Shown one piece after another: positions 1 through 9,596 of a DNA stretch of 64,000 nt (positions are counted from its first letter, which is position 1; each line of letters opens with the position of its first letter). Origin of the DNA: Octopus sinensis (taxonomy: Eukaryota). A program made the translations under genes and the position numbers. Location: the NCBI RefSeq assembly GCF_006345805.1, contig NC_043000.1, forward strand, positions 61,938,001 through 62,002,000, read 5' to 3'. The notes beneath the pieces were generated by a model that saw only the letters and a program-made list of their open reading frames with translations, was not told the origin of the DNA and did not search any database.

Positions 1-108
1 TTTTCTGACTCAACATTGAGATTGTTTCAAATATCACCTCTAGGAATCTACTTACTAATTACTGTTAGTGATAGTTGTAAATTTGGATATAATTCAACGG
101 AACCTTGC

Positions 109-143
109 TATATATATATAATATATATATATATAATATATAT

Positions 144-178
<35 letters not shown>

Positions 179-255
179 TATATACACATTATATATAACA
201 ACACACCACACCACACACACATATATATATATATTATATACATACACCACACCAC

Positions 256-297
<42 letters not shown>

Positions 298-408
298 ATT
301 ACATACATATATATTATATATACATACATATATATATATAATATACATATATATATATATATCTACATACATATATATATATATATATACATACATACAC
401 ACATATAT

Positions 409-462
<54 letters not shown>
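109..462. repeat. (TA)n microsatellite with CA/CAC interruptions
   Basis: Directly visible; explains the YI/IY-rich ORFs at 16-402. Confidence 0.97.
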
Positions 463-469
<7 letters not shown>

Positions 470-1045
470 TGATATATCTTGTCGAATTATGGATGCTAAT
501 GTTACGTTCGTGCTCAGTACCTGGAATCGGACTTAATTAAAATATGTTTCCTGTTACGTAAGTAAATATATTGTACCCACATAATATATGTATCTATACT
601 GTGTGAAATAGAAAATCGTTAGCAGTTATTTATTTGATTATCTTTACGTATATATGCTACTTCTGGGAGAAATATTGATATTAGGTCTATTTGAATGTCT
701 CGAATGCGGCCAGAACGTGAAAATCCATTGCATTCATAATGTTGCAATATTAATATTCAATCCTTTATTGAAATATTATCAAATGTAGAATACTTTATAT
801 AACAGATTTACGGTGGTTTTCTGAGCAATGCATTGTGTATGTTACAAATGAAACTCGTGTATTTATACTGATATTTATATATATTAGTGCACGTATAACA
901 TGTTTCACCCAGTATATTTAAATGTTTAACTATATATGCGTGTATATACCTATAAATATGTGCCAAATATGTTTGAACTAACTTAAAGTTGCACCATGGA
1001 GCTTCTTTGAAGCAATAGGTCAGCACCTGGAAACGCAGGAAAAAT

Positions 1046-1183
1046 ATGTATGTATGTATGTGTATGTATGTATGTATGTATGTATGTATGTATGTATGTA
1101 TGTATGTACGTATGTACGTATATATGTATTATGTATGTATGTATGCATGTATGTATGTATGTACGTATGTATATATTTATATA

Positions 1184-1223
<40 letters not shown>
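1046..1223. repeat. Compound (ATGT)n/(TA)n microsatellite
   Basis: Directly visible. Its variant pattern (gtacgtatgtacgtatatatgtat...gtatgcatg) recurs at ~3315-3380. Confidence 0.95.
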
Positions 1224-1225
<2 letters not shown>

Positions 1226-1657
1226 CTAGAGACCCTTCTACCCTAGCCTGCTCTAGACTTAACTATTTGCTAAATCTATTAGACTCAAGTCGAATGGCTC
1301 TTTTGATGGCAACCCACCACCGGTTATTCAACACGATACCGGTGAGTGCCCTCTTGACTAACTCCTTAATCTGGTTACGGTATGTTTCGCAAGACAATAC
1401 CGTTTTGTTTGTCTTTTGCTTGCGGGTTCTTGTTTTTATTATAAAAATCCAGAAGGATAGACATATCATTGAGAACAATAGATTTAGTTGATGATCTTGT
1501 TATCTACATTCTAGCTTTTGGTGAAGTAGAAGAGGCTAGAGAGGTCAAGTGGTGAAGACATCATATATTTCGGCCTAGCTAAGGCATCTGGAAAATGTAA
1601 AACTGGTGTTACAGAAAAACTATTATATATATATATTATATATATATATAATATATA

Positions 1658-1960
1658 CCATCTAAGAATCCATAGGTCAGGAAAAATTACGCTCGTATAT
1701 CTGTCAATAGAGTGAGTAAATTAATTGAAATGTACATTATTTTATATCCATTACAGCCGATCTTAGCAATCGGTTTCGCACACCAACCACAGACCGTAGG
1801 TGTCTGTTTACCTCCAACAATGGAAAACAGTCGCCATATTTCATTCCATAACTTCCACGCGCAGAGTTACATAATCGGACTGTTACCTAACACTCTATTG
1901 AATGTCTAGTACGATTGCTACGATCGGCCGTGCTGAATATATAATACTGTACACTTCGAT
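1658..1960. mobile_element. Old collapsed inverted-repeat element of the same family as the 21 kb HHR element (copy at 10010-10306)
   Basis: Arms ~1726-1790 and ~1910-1958 are imperfect reverse complements and match 20971-21030 and 21545-21670; flanked by (TA)n on both sides. Confidence 0.7.
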
Positions 1961-1995
1961 AAATATATATATATATAATATATATATATATATAT

Positions 1996-2230
1996 GCGTG
2001 TGTTTTTCTGCTTTTGTTTGTCCCCACAACCGATTGACAGCTGATGTTGGTGTGTTTACTCGTCCGTAAATTAGCGGTTTGGCAAAAGAGAACAATAGAA
2101 TCGATACCAGTCTTTACTAAACAATAATAAGTAGTGGAGTCGATTCATTCGACTAAAAATATTCTTCAATGCAGAGTCCCGGCATGGCCGCAGTCTAATG
2201 ACTGAAACAACAACAATAAGAAAGGAAAAA
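1996..2230 (+). mobile_element. 3' part of the abundant tRNA-derived SINE
   Basis: Matches the tail of the full copy at 42006-42390 (gtcgattcattcgactaaa...catggccgcagtctaatgactgaaaca). Confidence 0.8.
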
Positions 2231-2294
2231 GAGTGTAAGTTTAAATGCGGACGTTGAGATACGCATTGTCAGCATGATATATACAAAGTTATAT

Positions 2295-2427
2295 GCATAT
2301 AGGCTATGATATAACATAGACTATGATATACCATATAGACTATAATGTAACATATAACATATGGACTATGGTATAAAATATGATATAAGACTATGATATA
2401 ACATATGATATAGACTATGATATAACA
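2295..2427. repeat. Degenerate ~20-bp minisatellite (gactatgatataacatat)
   Basis: Several imperfect units visible; also present in the duplicate at ~10640-10770. Confidence 0.75.
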
Positions 2428-2589
2428 GTCTTACCAAATTCTAATTGGAGATGTCTGTCGGATTCTCATAGAGTTAGCAACCTAAATTATCTCGGAAACC
2501 TGTACTAATTCATTTTATCGTACACTTAACCTAGTTTCCAACCAGACATCACCGTTAACTATTATATTTCAAATTTGACAAGTTAGTTC

Positions 2590-2671
2590 GCTGCGATGGC
2601 CGAGTGGTTAAGGCGTTGGACTCGAAATCCAATGGGATATTCCCGCACAGGTTCGAATCCTGTTCGCAGCG
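2590..2671 (+). tRNA. tRNA-Ser-CGA: tRNA-Ser, anticodon CGA (82 nt, long variable arm)
   Basis: GCTGCGA/TCGCAGC acceptor stem with G discriminator, A box TGGCCGAGTGG, anticodon arm TTGGA-CTCGAAA-TCCAA, B box GGTTCGAATCC. Confidence 0.96.
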
Positions 2672-2677
2672 TTACGA

Positions 2678-2686
2678 TTTTTTTTT
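2678..2686 (+). terminator. Pol III terminator (T9)
   Basis: Nine T residues starting 7 nt after the tRNA; T8 at 11020-11027 in the duplicate. Confidence 0.85.
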
Positions 2687-2819
2687 ATTATGGGGTTTTA
2701 AGTGTCAGTGTTTATTTTTTCTTTATTTTTTCTACAGATATGTCTACGATAACATTCGGTTCATTTTGAATGCATGAGGTAATCTAGAACTTGCTTTCAC
2801 AATTCTGTCAGCACTTCGT

Positions 2820-3000
2820 ATCTTTTATATGCTTCAGTCGTTGAACTGGCCATGCTAGGGCGCCATCTTGAAGGTTTTAGTCGAACTTTAGACACAGTAG
2901 TATTTTTATGTATAGCTCGTATTCTGTCGGTCTCTTTTACCGAACTGTTAGTCGAGAGACGTAGCAAGCACAACACCGATTGTCAAACGGTTGAAAGGGA
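2820..3000 (-). mobile_element. SINE 3' fragment (same family as 42006-42390)
   Basis: Reverse complement matches the tail of the full copy. Confidence 0.7.
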
Positions 3001-3028
3001 CACACACACACATACATACATGCATAGA

Positions 3029-3212
3029 TTATTATTTATACTAACAATAATTGGAGCACTTAGTTTTGTAAGTAAATAACCTAACTGTCAATGTGGATAA
3101 GCTAGGATTTTCAGAAAAAGAAATCAACCAACTGACTCGCACATTACAAATACAATCTGTAGTAAGCGGAACAGTAAAACAAGGCAGACTTTTTCTCAAG
3201 CTTAAAATGTGA
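3029..3212 (+). pseudogene. C-terminal remnant of an REL-type (R4/NeSL-like) non-LTR retrotransposon ORF
   Basis: Translates as IIGALSFVSK...KLGFSEKEINQLTRTLQIQSVVSGTVKQGKTFLKLKM* (with small indels), paralleling the IIGAL...LQ...K segment at 14092-14319 and the recalled REL C-terminus. Confidence 0.6.
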
Positions 3213-3377
3213 CATGGTTCATTATCTACATTCCAACGATGGAGCTTTGTATCTTTGTCAGAAAATAGCTCCTTCAATAATAAAAACAGAAGAGAAACAT
3301 ACATACATGTATAATGTATGTATGTACGTATGTACGTATATATGTATGTATGTATGTATGTATGCATGATGTATGTA

Positions 3378-3850
3378 TTTATAGGTTTGTTATAGAGTTT
3401 AGCAAATGGAGATTTTATCGTTATATGTTTTTAAGAGTTTGTTTTATCATGGTTTTTTTTTTTTTTTTAGGGAATTCGTGGTAATTAGTCTATATTTTCG
3501 ATATGGATTATATATAGGTTATATATGGATTATATACTTATACTTTTTTTTTCATTTATACTTTAATTATTTAAAAGTATTATTTTTATATTTTAAAATT
3601 TTGATTTTTTAGATTGGAAGTCCACCTGAAGATTGTCGATCAAGACAAGAAACGATTGTAGTGGCGGTTTTTTTACTATTTATTAAATTTTATGTATTGA
3701 TTAAGTCTTTCCTTGTTTGTTTTGCAAATAGTGGTTTTATCTCAAATAATATTTTATAATATTTTACTATAAAATTGGATTTAATCCTAAATCTGATTTT
3801 TTTTTTCCCTGTAAATTTGGATATTTCCCTAATATTTATTATTTATATAT
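3378..3850 (+). repeat. 5' pseudo-LTR of the PLE
   Basis: Near-identical to 9085-9551, differing mainly in homopolymer lengths. Confidence 0.93.
3622..3664 (+). ncRNA. Minimal type I hammerhead ribozyme
   Basis: Stem I CCAC/GTGG; core CTGAAGA (3626-3632); stem II TTGTC-GATCAA-GACAA; GAAA; stem III AC-GATT-GT; GUA cleavage triplet ending at 3660. Confidence 0.88.
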
Positions 3851-3900
3851 AATATTGATAATTTTTGTATATTGAGTGTAATACCTCAATTTCGCAAATT

Positions 3901-6400
3901 ATGGATTTTACAGGTAAGATAGAACCGCTGTTTTGGATTCATCTTTGAAAGATATTCCTATTCCTTCTAGAAAGGAATTTATCTTGAAACTTGTTAATAA
4001 TGTTAAAGATTTTATTTCTAGAATTAAATGGAAAGCTTTTTACTATAATTTTTATTTATTTAATGATATTGATAGTAGGAATGATAATTATACCTCTAAA
4101 TTTAAATCTAGAAAGGAACCTCCATTTAATAAAGAATTACAATTACTTGAAGATAGTATATGGAAGGTGGTAAAAAATATTGAATTCCATAAATACCCAA
4201 TAGAAATAATGAATATTTAAGGAATTTAGCAATTAAAATTAAAGATATGAGAAATATGGATAGTATTATAGTACAATCTGATAAAACAAGGAACTTATAT
4301 AAATTAGATGTTAAATTATATGATAAACTATTAGGGAAAGAAATAATAAAAAATATAAAATTGTTCCAGATGATATTCTTTATAATATTAATAAGGCCTC
4401 TAAGTAGTAATGTTAAAATATGAGTTGGATAATAAAACTGAACCTTATGTACCTTTGCACCCCAGAATTACTCTTAAAGACCATAAAGATAATTTTTATC
4501 AGACCCTAAAGTTAGATTAATTTGCCCATGTAAATCGGACCTAGGTAAATTAAGTAAATTTATTTTAGATAATATATTGATAAGTTAAATAAACTTAATT
4601 ATTTAAAATTATGGTTTAGTAATAATAATACATTGAAATGGTTTAATAATATTAAAGATAAAATCGTTATAAATTTATTCAAATAGATATAGATAATTAT
4701 TATTCTTCTATTAATGAAATTGTGGTTTAATAAAGCGCTTATTTTCGCAATGAATAAAGTGGGCATGTCACGGGAAGAAGTTAATGTAATTAAATTGGCT
4801 AGGAAATCGCTAATTAAATATAAAAATAAATTATGGGCTAGGAATGATACTAGAGATTGTTTTGATATACCTATGGGAGCACCAGATTCTGCACAGGTAT
4901 ACTGATTTAGTAGGTATTTTTCTTTTATCTGAACTCCAATTAGAAAATCTTAAGATAGAGGGTGGTTTATATAGAGACGATCTTCTACTAGTTACAAAGA
5001 ATTGTACTAATAGGAATCTAGAAGTATATAAGAAAAAACTATATAGTTTCTTTAAAAGATATGGTTTACGTATTACTATATATAAGGAGAATTATAATGT
5101 TAATTATTTAGATGTTAATTTTAATCTTATTACAGGTAAAACACAAACCATATCATAAACTTAATGAGAACCTTAGATATATAAATGTTAATAGTAATCA
5201 CCCATTTTCTATTAAAAAATCGTTGATTAATAATATAAGTAAACGTATTTCATTACTCTCTTATGATATAGAGATTTTTAATAAACATGCTAATTATTAT
5301 AATGAGGCCCTTAGAGGGGCAGTTTATAATAAGAATATTAATTTTTATAATATTAGCGATAATGATTTAATGATAATTTTCGAGATACTTCTAATATATT
5401 ATAATTTTGTTAAGTTTAGTGGTAAAAATAATAGATATTATAAAAAAATTAAAAATGATAAAAATATAAATAAGAATAATAATAATAATATAAATATAAT
5501 AATAATAATATAAATAAGAATAATATAATAAAAAATAAATTTAATAATTATTATAATAATTATATTGATAATTTAATAATATTAATAATCCTTAAATGCT
5601 GTACATAGATATAATTCTGATAATAATTTTAATAAAATAAAGAATTATAAATATATTTATAATAATGATAATAATAATAAGGTTAATAAGAATAAAATTT
5701 GGTTAATAGTTCCTTATGGAGATCAAGTTAAAACGAATATTATTAAAGAGATTTTAGATGTTATAGACTATTTATTAGAGATAATCGTAAATATAGAACA
5801 TTTTCTCTTTTAATAATTTTGGAGTTGGTTACTCTACCACTAATAATGTTGGTAACATTATTTCTTCATTTAATAAATATAAACTGAATAATTTTTATAA
5901 AAAGAAATTATTTGATAATAATATTAATATGATAAGACTTATATTAATTGTACATGTAGAGATAAATCTAATTGTATATTAAAATAATAATTGTGATATT
6001 AACGATGTAGTGTATAAATGTATAGTTACATTACATGATAATAACTTTAAGAATAATAATTACACAAAGCGGTTATATAGGTTCTACTTCCTCCTCAAAA
6101 TAAAACTAAGAATTGCACAACATATGAATTCTTTTAAAATAAAAACTTAATCAACTCAACCGGACTTAGTAAGTATATTTGGAGTCTTAAATCACTAAAT
6201 ATTAATTATAGTTTAATATGGGAAATAATTTGTAAAACTAAATCATATAATATAGGAGCTAATTGTTGTTATTTATGCTCTAATGAGTTTAAAGAAATTT
6301 TTTTTATAAGTATGATAATTTACTTAATACTGGGGAGGAGCGCAAAATAAAATGTAGACACAAGTTACTTTACTTATATAATAAGTTTCATGATAAATAG
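3901..6400 (+). CDS. Frameshifted PLE reverse transcriptase + GIY-YIG endonuclease ORF (~830 codons)
   Basis: Motifs in order across frames: SLKDIPIPS, SDKTRNLY, ITLKDHKDNF, FIQIDIDNYYSSI, FDIPMGAPDSA, YRDD (4970-4981), SNHP, IWLIVPY, CTCRDKSNC, VVY (6007) ... YIG (6074), CYLC, CRHK, stop ending 6400. Confidence 0.88.
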
Positions 6401-6920
6401 CAATAATAGTTCCCTTTTAGGTTATTTTAGTTTAGTTTAAATTAGTTTAGATGATATATTTTTGGTTATGTTGTCTAGGATTTAATTATAGTTAGTCTTT
6501 TTGATATTTCTTTGTTTTTTAATTAGTTCATTTTTAATGTATATTAATTTAGCAGTTTATGGTACGTTAAACTTTAATAATTTATATTAGATTTTTTTAT
6601 TTTTTTATTTTATTTTTATTTATTTTATTTTATTATGTATTTTTATTTTGCATTTGTTATATGTATTTTGAGGATATATTTATATGTTTTGGTGTTATTT
6701 AGTGGTGTTTTTATTGAGTTTTGTATGTATGTGTGAATGTTAAGATCCTTTGTTTTTTTGTTTTTTATTTGTATGTTGAATTGACAGATTTTATTTGGGT
6801 ATTGTCTTTTATAATAAAGTACACACCCATAACATTTATAAGTGCCCACTTCATTCGTTGTACTTGGTTGCATGTGAGCCTCAGCATATGCACCTAACGC
6901 CACTCCAGCCCCACATGGAT

Positions 6921-6975
6921 AATAAACACTACATCCCCTAAAAAATAATAATAAAAAAAAAAAAAAAAAAAAAAA
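6921..6975 (+). promoter_or_regulatory. AATAAA signal followed by an A23 tract inside the PLE
   Basis: AATAAA at 6921-6926; uninterrupted A run at 6953-6975. Confidence 0.5.
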
Positions 6976-7630
6976 TGGGAGTAATCCCATTCACACCAAT
7001 ATATGTATACATTATCCACACGTGAATAATACATATACAGCCCTAATATACAGAACATACTAATAATCACCAACTATAACCACCATCACAAATGAAACCC
7101 ACACCCATACAATGACAAAACTCCCCCATACCCTATTTACCCTACATAGTAATCCCAATATATTCTTCCATACATGGACGCAAGTGCGTGAAGCACATGA
7201 ACATAATTAGTACGACAACCCCTAATACACACTAATATATACGTATCAAGCTCGACCTCCACAGTGATAAGTTTACACACAATCACACCCAGATGGGTGA
7301 TTTGCACAACCAGTGAATGCTCACACATACGGGCGCGATTACATTGTTGCATATATCGAGCCAAAATAGTATGCATATGTACATGTGAGGGGTACCACGT
7401 AAATGAAGTGAGCGTGTACCCCCTGTATTTACCCGTGCGTGAATATACACATGGAGACTACCACACAGGTACAAATGTGTTTAGAAATGGGAGCCCCATC
7501 ACTACCTTAATGTATACTCTCACCCATCCGCACGGATGTGTAAGTGTATCTCCGTGTATATGTTGAGGCTTATATGTAGAGTTGTTAAAGGAACGTCGTT
7601 GAAATTGTGAATAATGGTTGTTGGGAATTG

Positions 7631-9183
7631 TAACCGGGTGGTGGACTAGTGTTTGCTTGGAATTGTGATGGATTAGGGTGGTAATGAGGTAGGCATTGAG
7701 TATGGGTTACTGTAAGTTGTTTGTTAGAGTTACTAGGGTGAGCTAAAGCTCATAAATGTATATAATTGATTTTTCATGATAGTTTTTTAAAGATCCATTC
7801 ATAATAAATTTTTTTTTAAGTAACGTTGGTTTGCTACGTGAAATAGTTTTTAGTTCCATTTATTATATTTCTCCATTCATACTATGAATGACGTTTACTT
7901 TCTATGGCGCGTATTCTTCTTTTTTACATTAGTTATTTCCATGGTAACGTAATTTTGTTTGGTTTTTAACGGCTAAGAATCTAATTTCACTTCATAATTT
8001 GTAACTGAATTGTAAGTATGTATTTGATTTATCCTTATGTCATAATGTTATTTTTGATATTCTGTTAATTACGATGTTTTATTGTTGTTTTCATAAGAGT
8101 GTTTATGTATATGAGATTGGTTGTGAGTTTTTAATTGTATAATTAATTTATTTATCTGTATGAGTGTGGGTGTAAATATTGTTTGTATATATCGAGTTTT
8201 AGTGAGTATGTATATGCGTATATGTGAGGGAGCATATGTATCTGTTGTGTTTGTGTTTTTGCGTGTGTGTGTGTTTGTGTGTGAATGTGTATTTGGTTTG
8301 TTATTTTAGGATTTGGGATGTATGTGTTAATTTGTCTGTGTGGGGAGGGAGTGGTTTTTGTTGTATGAGGTTTATAAGTTAGTATAGGTTTGGTGTAAGT
8401 CTTGGGTCTGTGTTTACGTGTGGGTTTTTTGTGTGTGAATGTTTAGGTTAGGGGGATTGCTATATAAGTTTGTTTATAGGGTTTAGCAAGGGAGATTTTA
8501 TCGTTATGCTTTTATGAGTTTTGGTTTATCATGGTTTTTTTAGGTAATTTGGGTATTTTGTCTATTTAGGTGTTGGTTATTTTTTTACATTGTTTTCATT
8601 CATAATTTTTGAGTGGTGTTCGTTTTGCCACGTGAATAACCGGTTGGTGGACTAGCGTTGCTTGGAATGTGATGGAATAGTGTAGTAGTGAGGTAGGCAT
8701 AGAGAATGGGATTGGGTTACTGCAAGTTGTTAGTTAGAGATGCTAAGGTGAGTTAAAGCTCATAAATGTATATAATGTTTTTTGTGGGTGTGTAAGTATT
8801 GTTGTATATGTCGAGTTTAGTGAGTATGTATAGGCGTATATGTGAGGGAGTATATGTATCTTTGTGTGTGAGTGTTTTGCGTGTGAGTGTGTGTTTTGTG
8901 TGTGAATGTGTATATGGGTTTGTTATTTAGGTTTTGGGATGTATGTGTTAATTGTCTGTGGGGGAGGGAGTGGGTTTTGGTTGTATATTGAGGTTTATAA
9001 GTTAGTATAGGTATGTGTATAAGTCGTGAGTCTGTGGTTTACGTGTGTGTATTTGTGTGTGAATGTTTAGGTTAGGGGGTTTACTTTATAGGTTTGTTAT
9101 AGAGTTTAGCAAATGGAGATTTTATCGTTATATGTTTTAAGAGTTTTGTTTTATCATGGTTTTTTTTTTTTTTTTTTTTTAGG
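7631..9183 (+). repeat. Internal diverged duplications in the PLE 3' extension
   Basis: 7631-7766 resembles 8637-8776; 8164-8544 resembles 8783-9183, whose end runs into the pseudo-LTR. The + strand is G/T-rich and C-poor. Confidence 0.85.
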
Positions 9184-9549
9184 GATTCGTGGTAATTAGT
9201 CTATATTTTCGATATGGATTATATATAGGTTATATATGGATTATATACTTATATTTTTTCATTATACTTTAATTATTAAAAGTATTATTTTTATATTTTA
9301 AATTTTGATTTTTTAGATTGGAAGTCCACCTGAAGATTGTCGATCAAGACAAGAAACGATTGTAGTGGCGGTTTTTTACTATTTATTAAATTTTATGTAT
9401 TGATTAAGTCTTTCCTTGTTTGTTTTGCAAAATAGTGGTTTTATCTCAAATAATATTTATAATATTTACTATAAAATTGGATTTAATCCTAAATCGATTT
9501 TTTTTTCCCTGTAAATTTGGATATATTCCCTAATATTTATTATTTATAT

Positions 9550-9551
<2 letters not shown>
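9085..9551 (+). repeat. 3' pseudo-LTR of the PLE
   Basis: Matches 3378-3850 and ends in (TA)n. Confidence 0.93.
9326..9368 (+). ncRNA. Minimal type I hammerhead ribozyme (second copy)
   Basis: Identical to 3622-3664; predicted cleavage after 9364. Confidence 0.88.

Positions 9552-9595
<44 letters not shown>

Positions 9596-9596
<1 letters not shown>

Larger units (their letters stand above)
1226..3308 (+). repeat. Copy 1 of a ~2.1 kb direct duplication containing tRNA-Ser
   Basis: Collinear with 9596-11652 from ctagagaccctt to gaagagaaacatac; differences are mostly 1-2 nt indels. Confidence 0.95.
3378..9551 (+). mobile_element. Penelope-like element (Naiad-type) with direct pseudo-LTRs
   Basis: RT + GIY-YIG ORF remnants at 3901-6400, terminal direct repeats 3378-3850 and 9085-9551, and an HHR in each repeat. 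Confidence 0.9.

Noticed and set aside
3914-3951. Intron at CAG/gtaaga just after the PLE ATG
   Set aside because: The plausible acceptor would give a 38-nt intron removing the conserved SLK motif; a 1-nt frameshift explains the reading.
5950-6400. Selenocysteine recoding as reported for some Naiads
   Set aside because: Cys positions here and at 50039-50460 use TGT/TGC; no in-frame TGA at those sites.
6643-7566. ORFs of 115, 79 and 100 aa as accessory PLE genes
   Set aside because: No recognisable domain and composition follows the local skew; not excluded if indels hide a longer frame.
6400-9084. Mitochondrial insertion (suggested by strand skew)
   Set aside because: No mitochondrial gene, rRNA or tRNA recognisable; the sequence is continuous with the PLE repeat.
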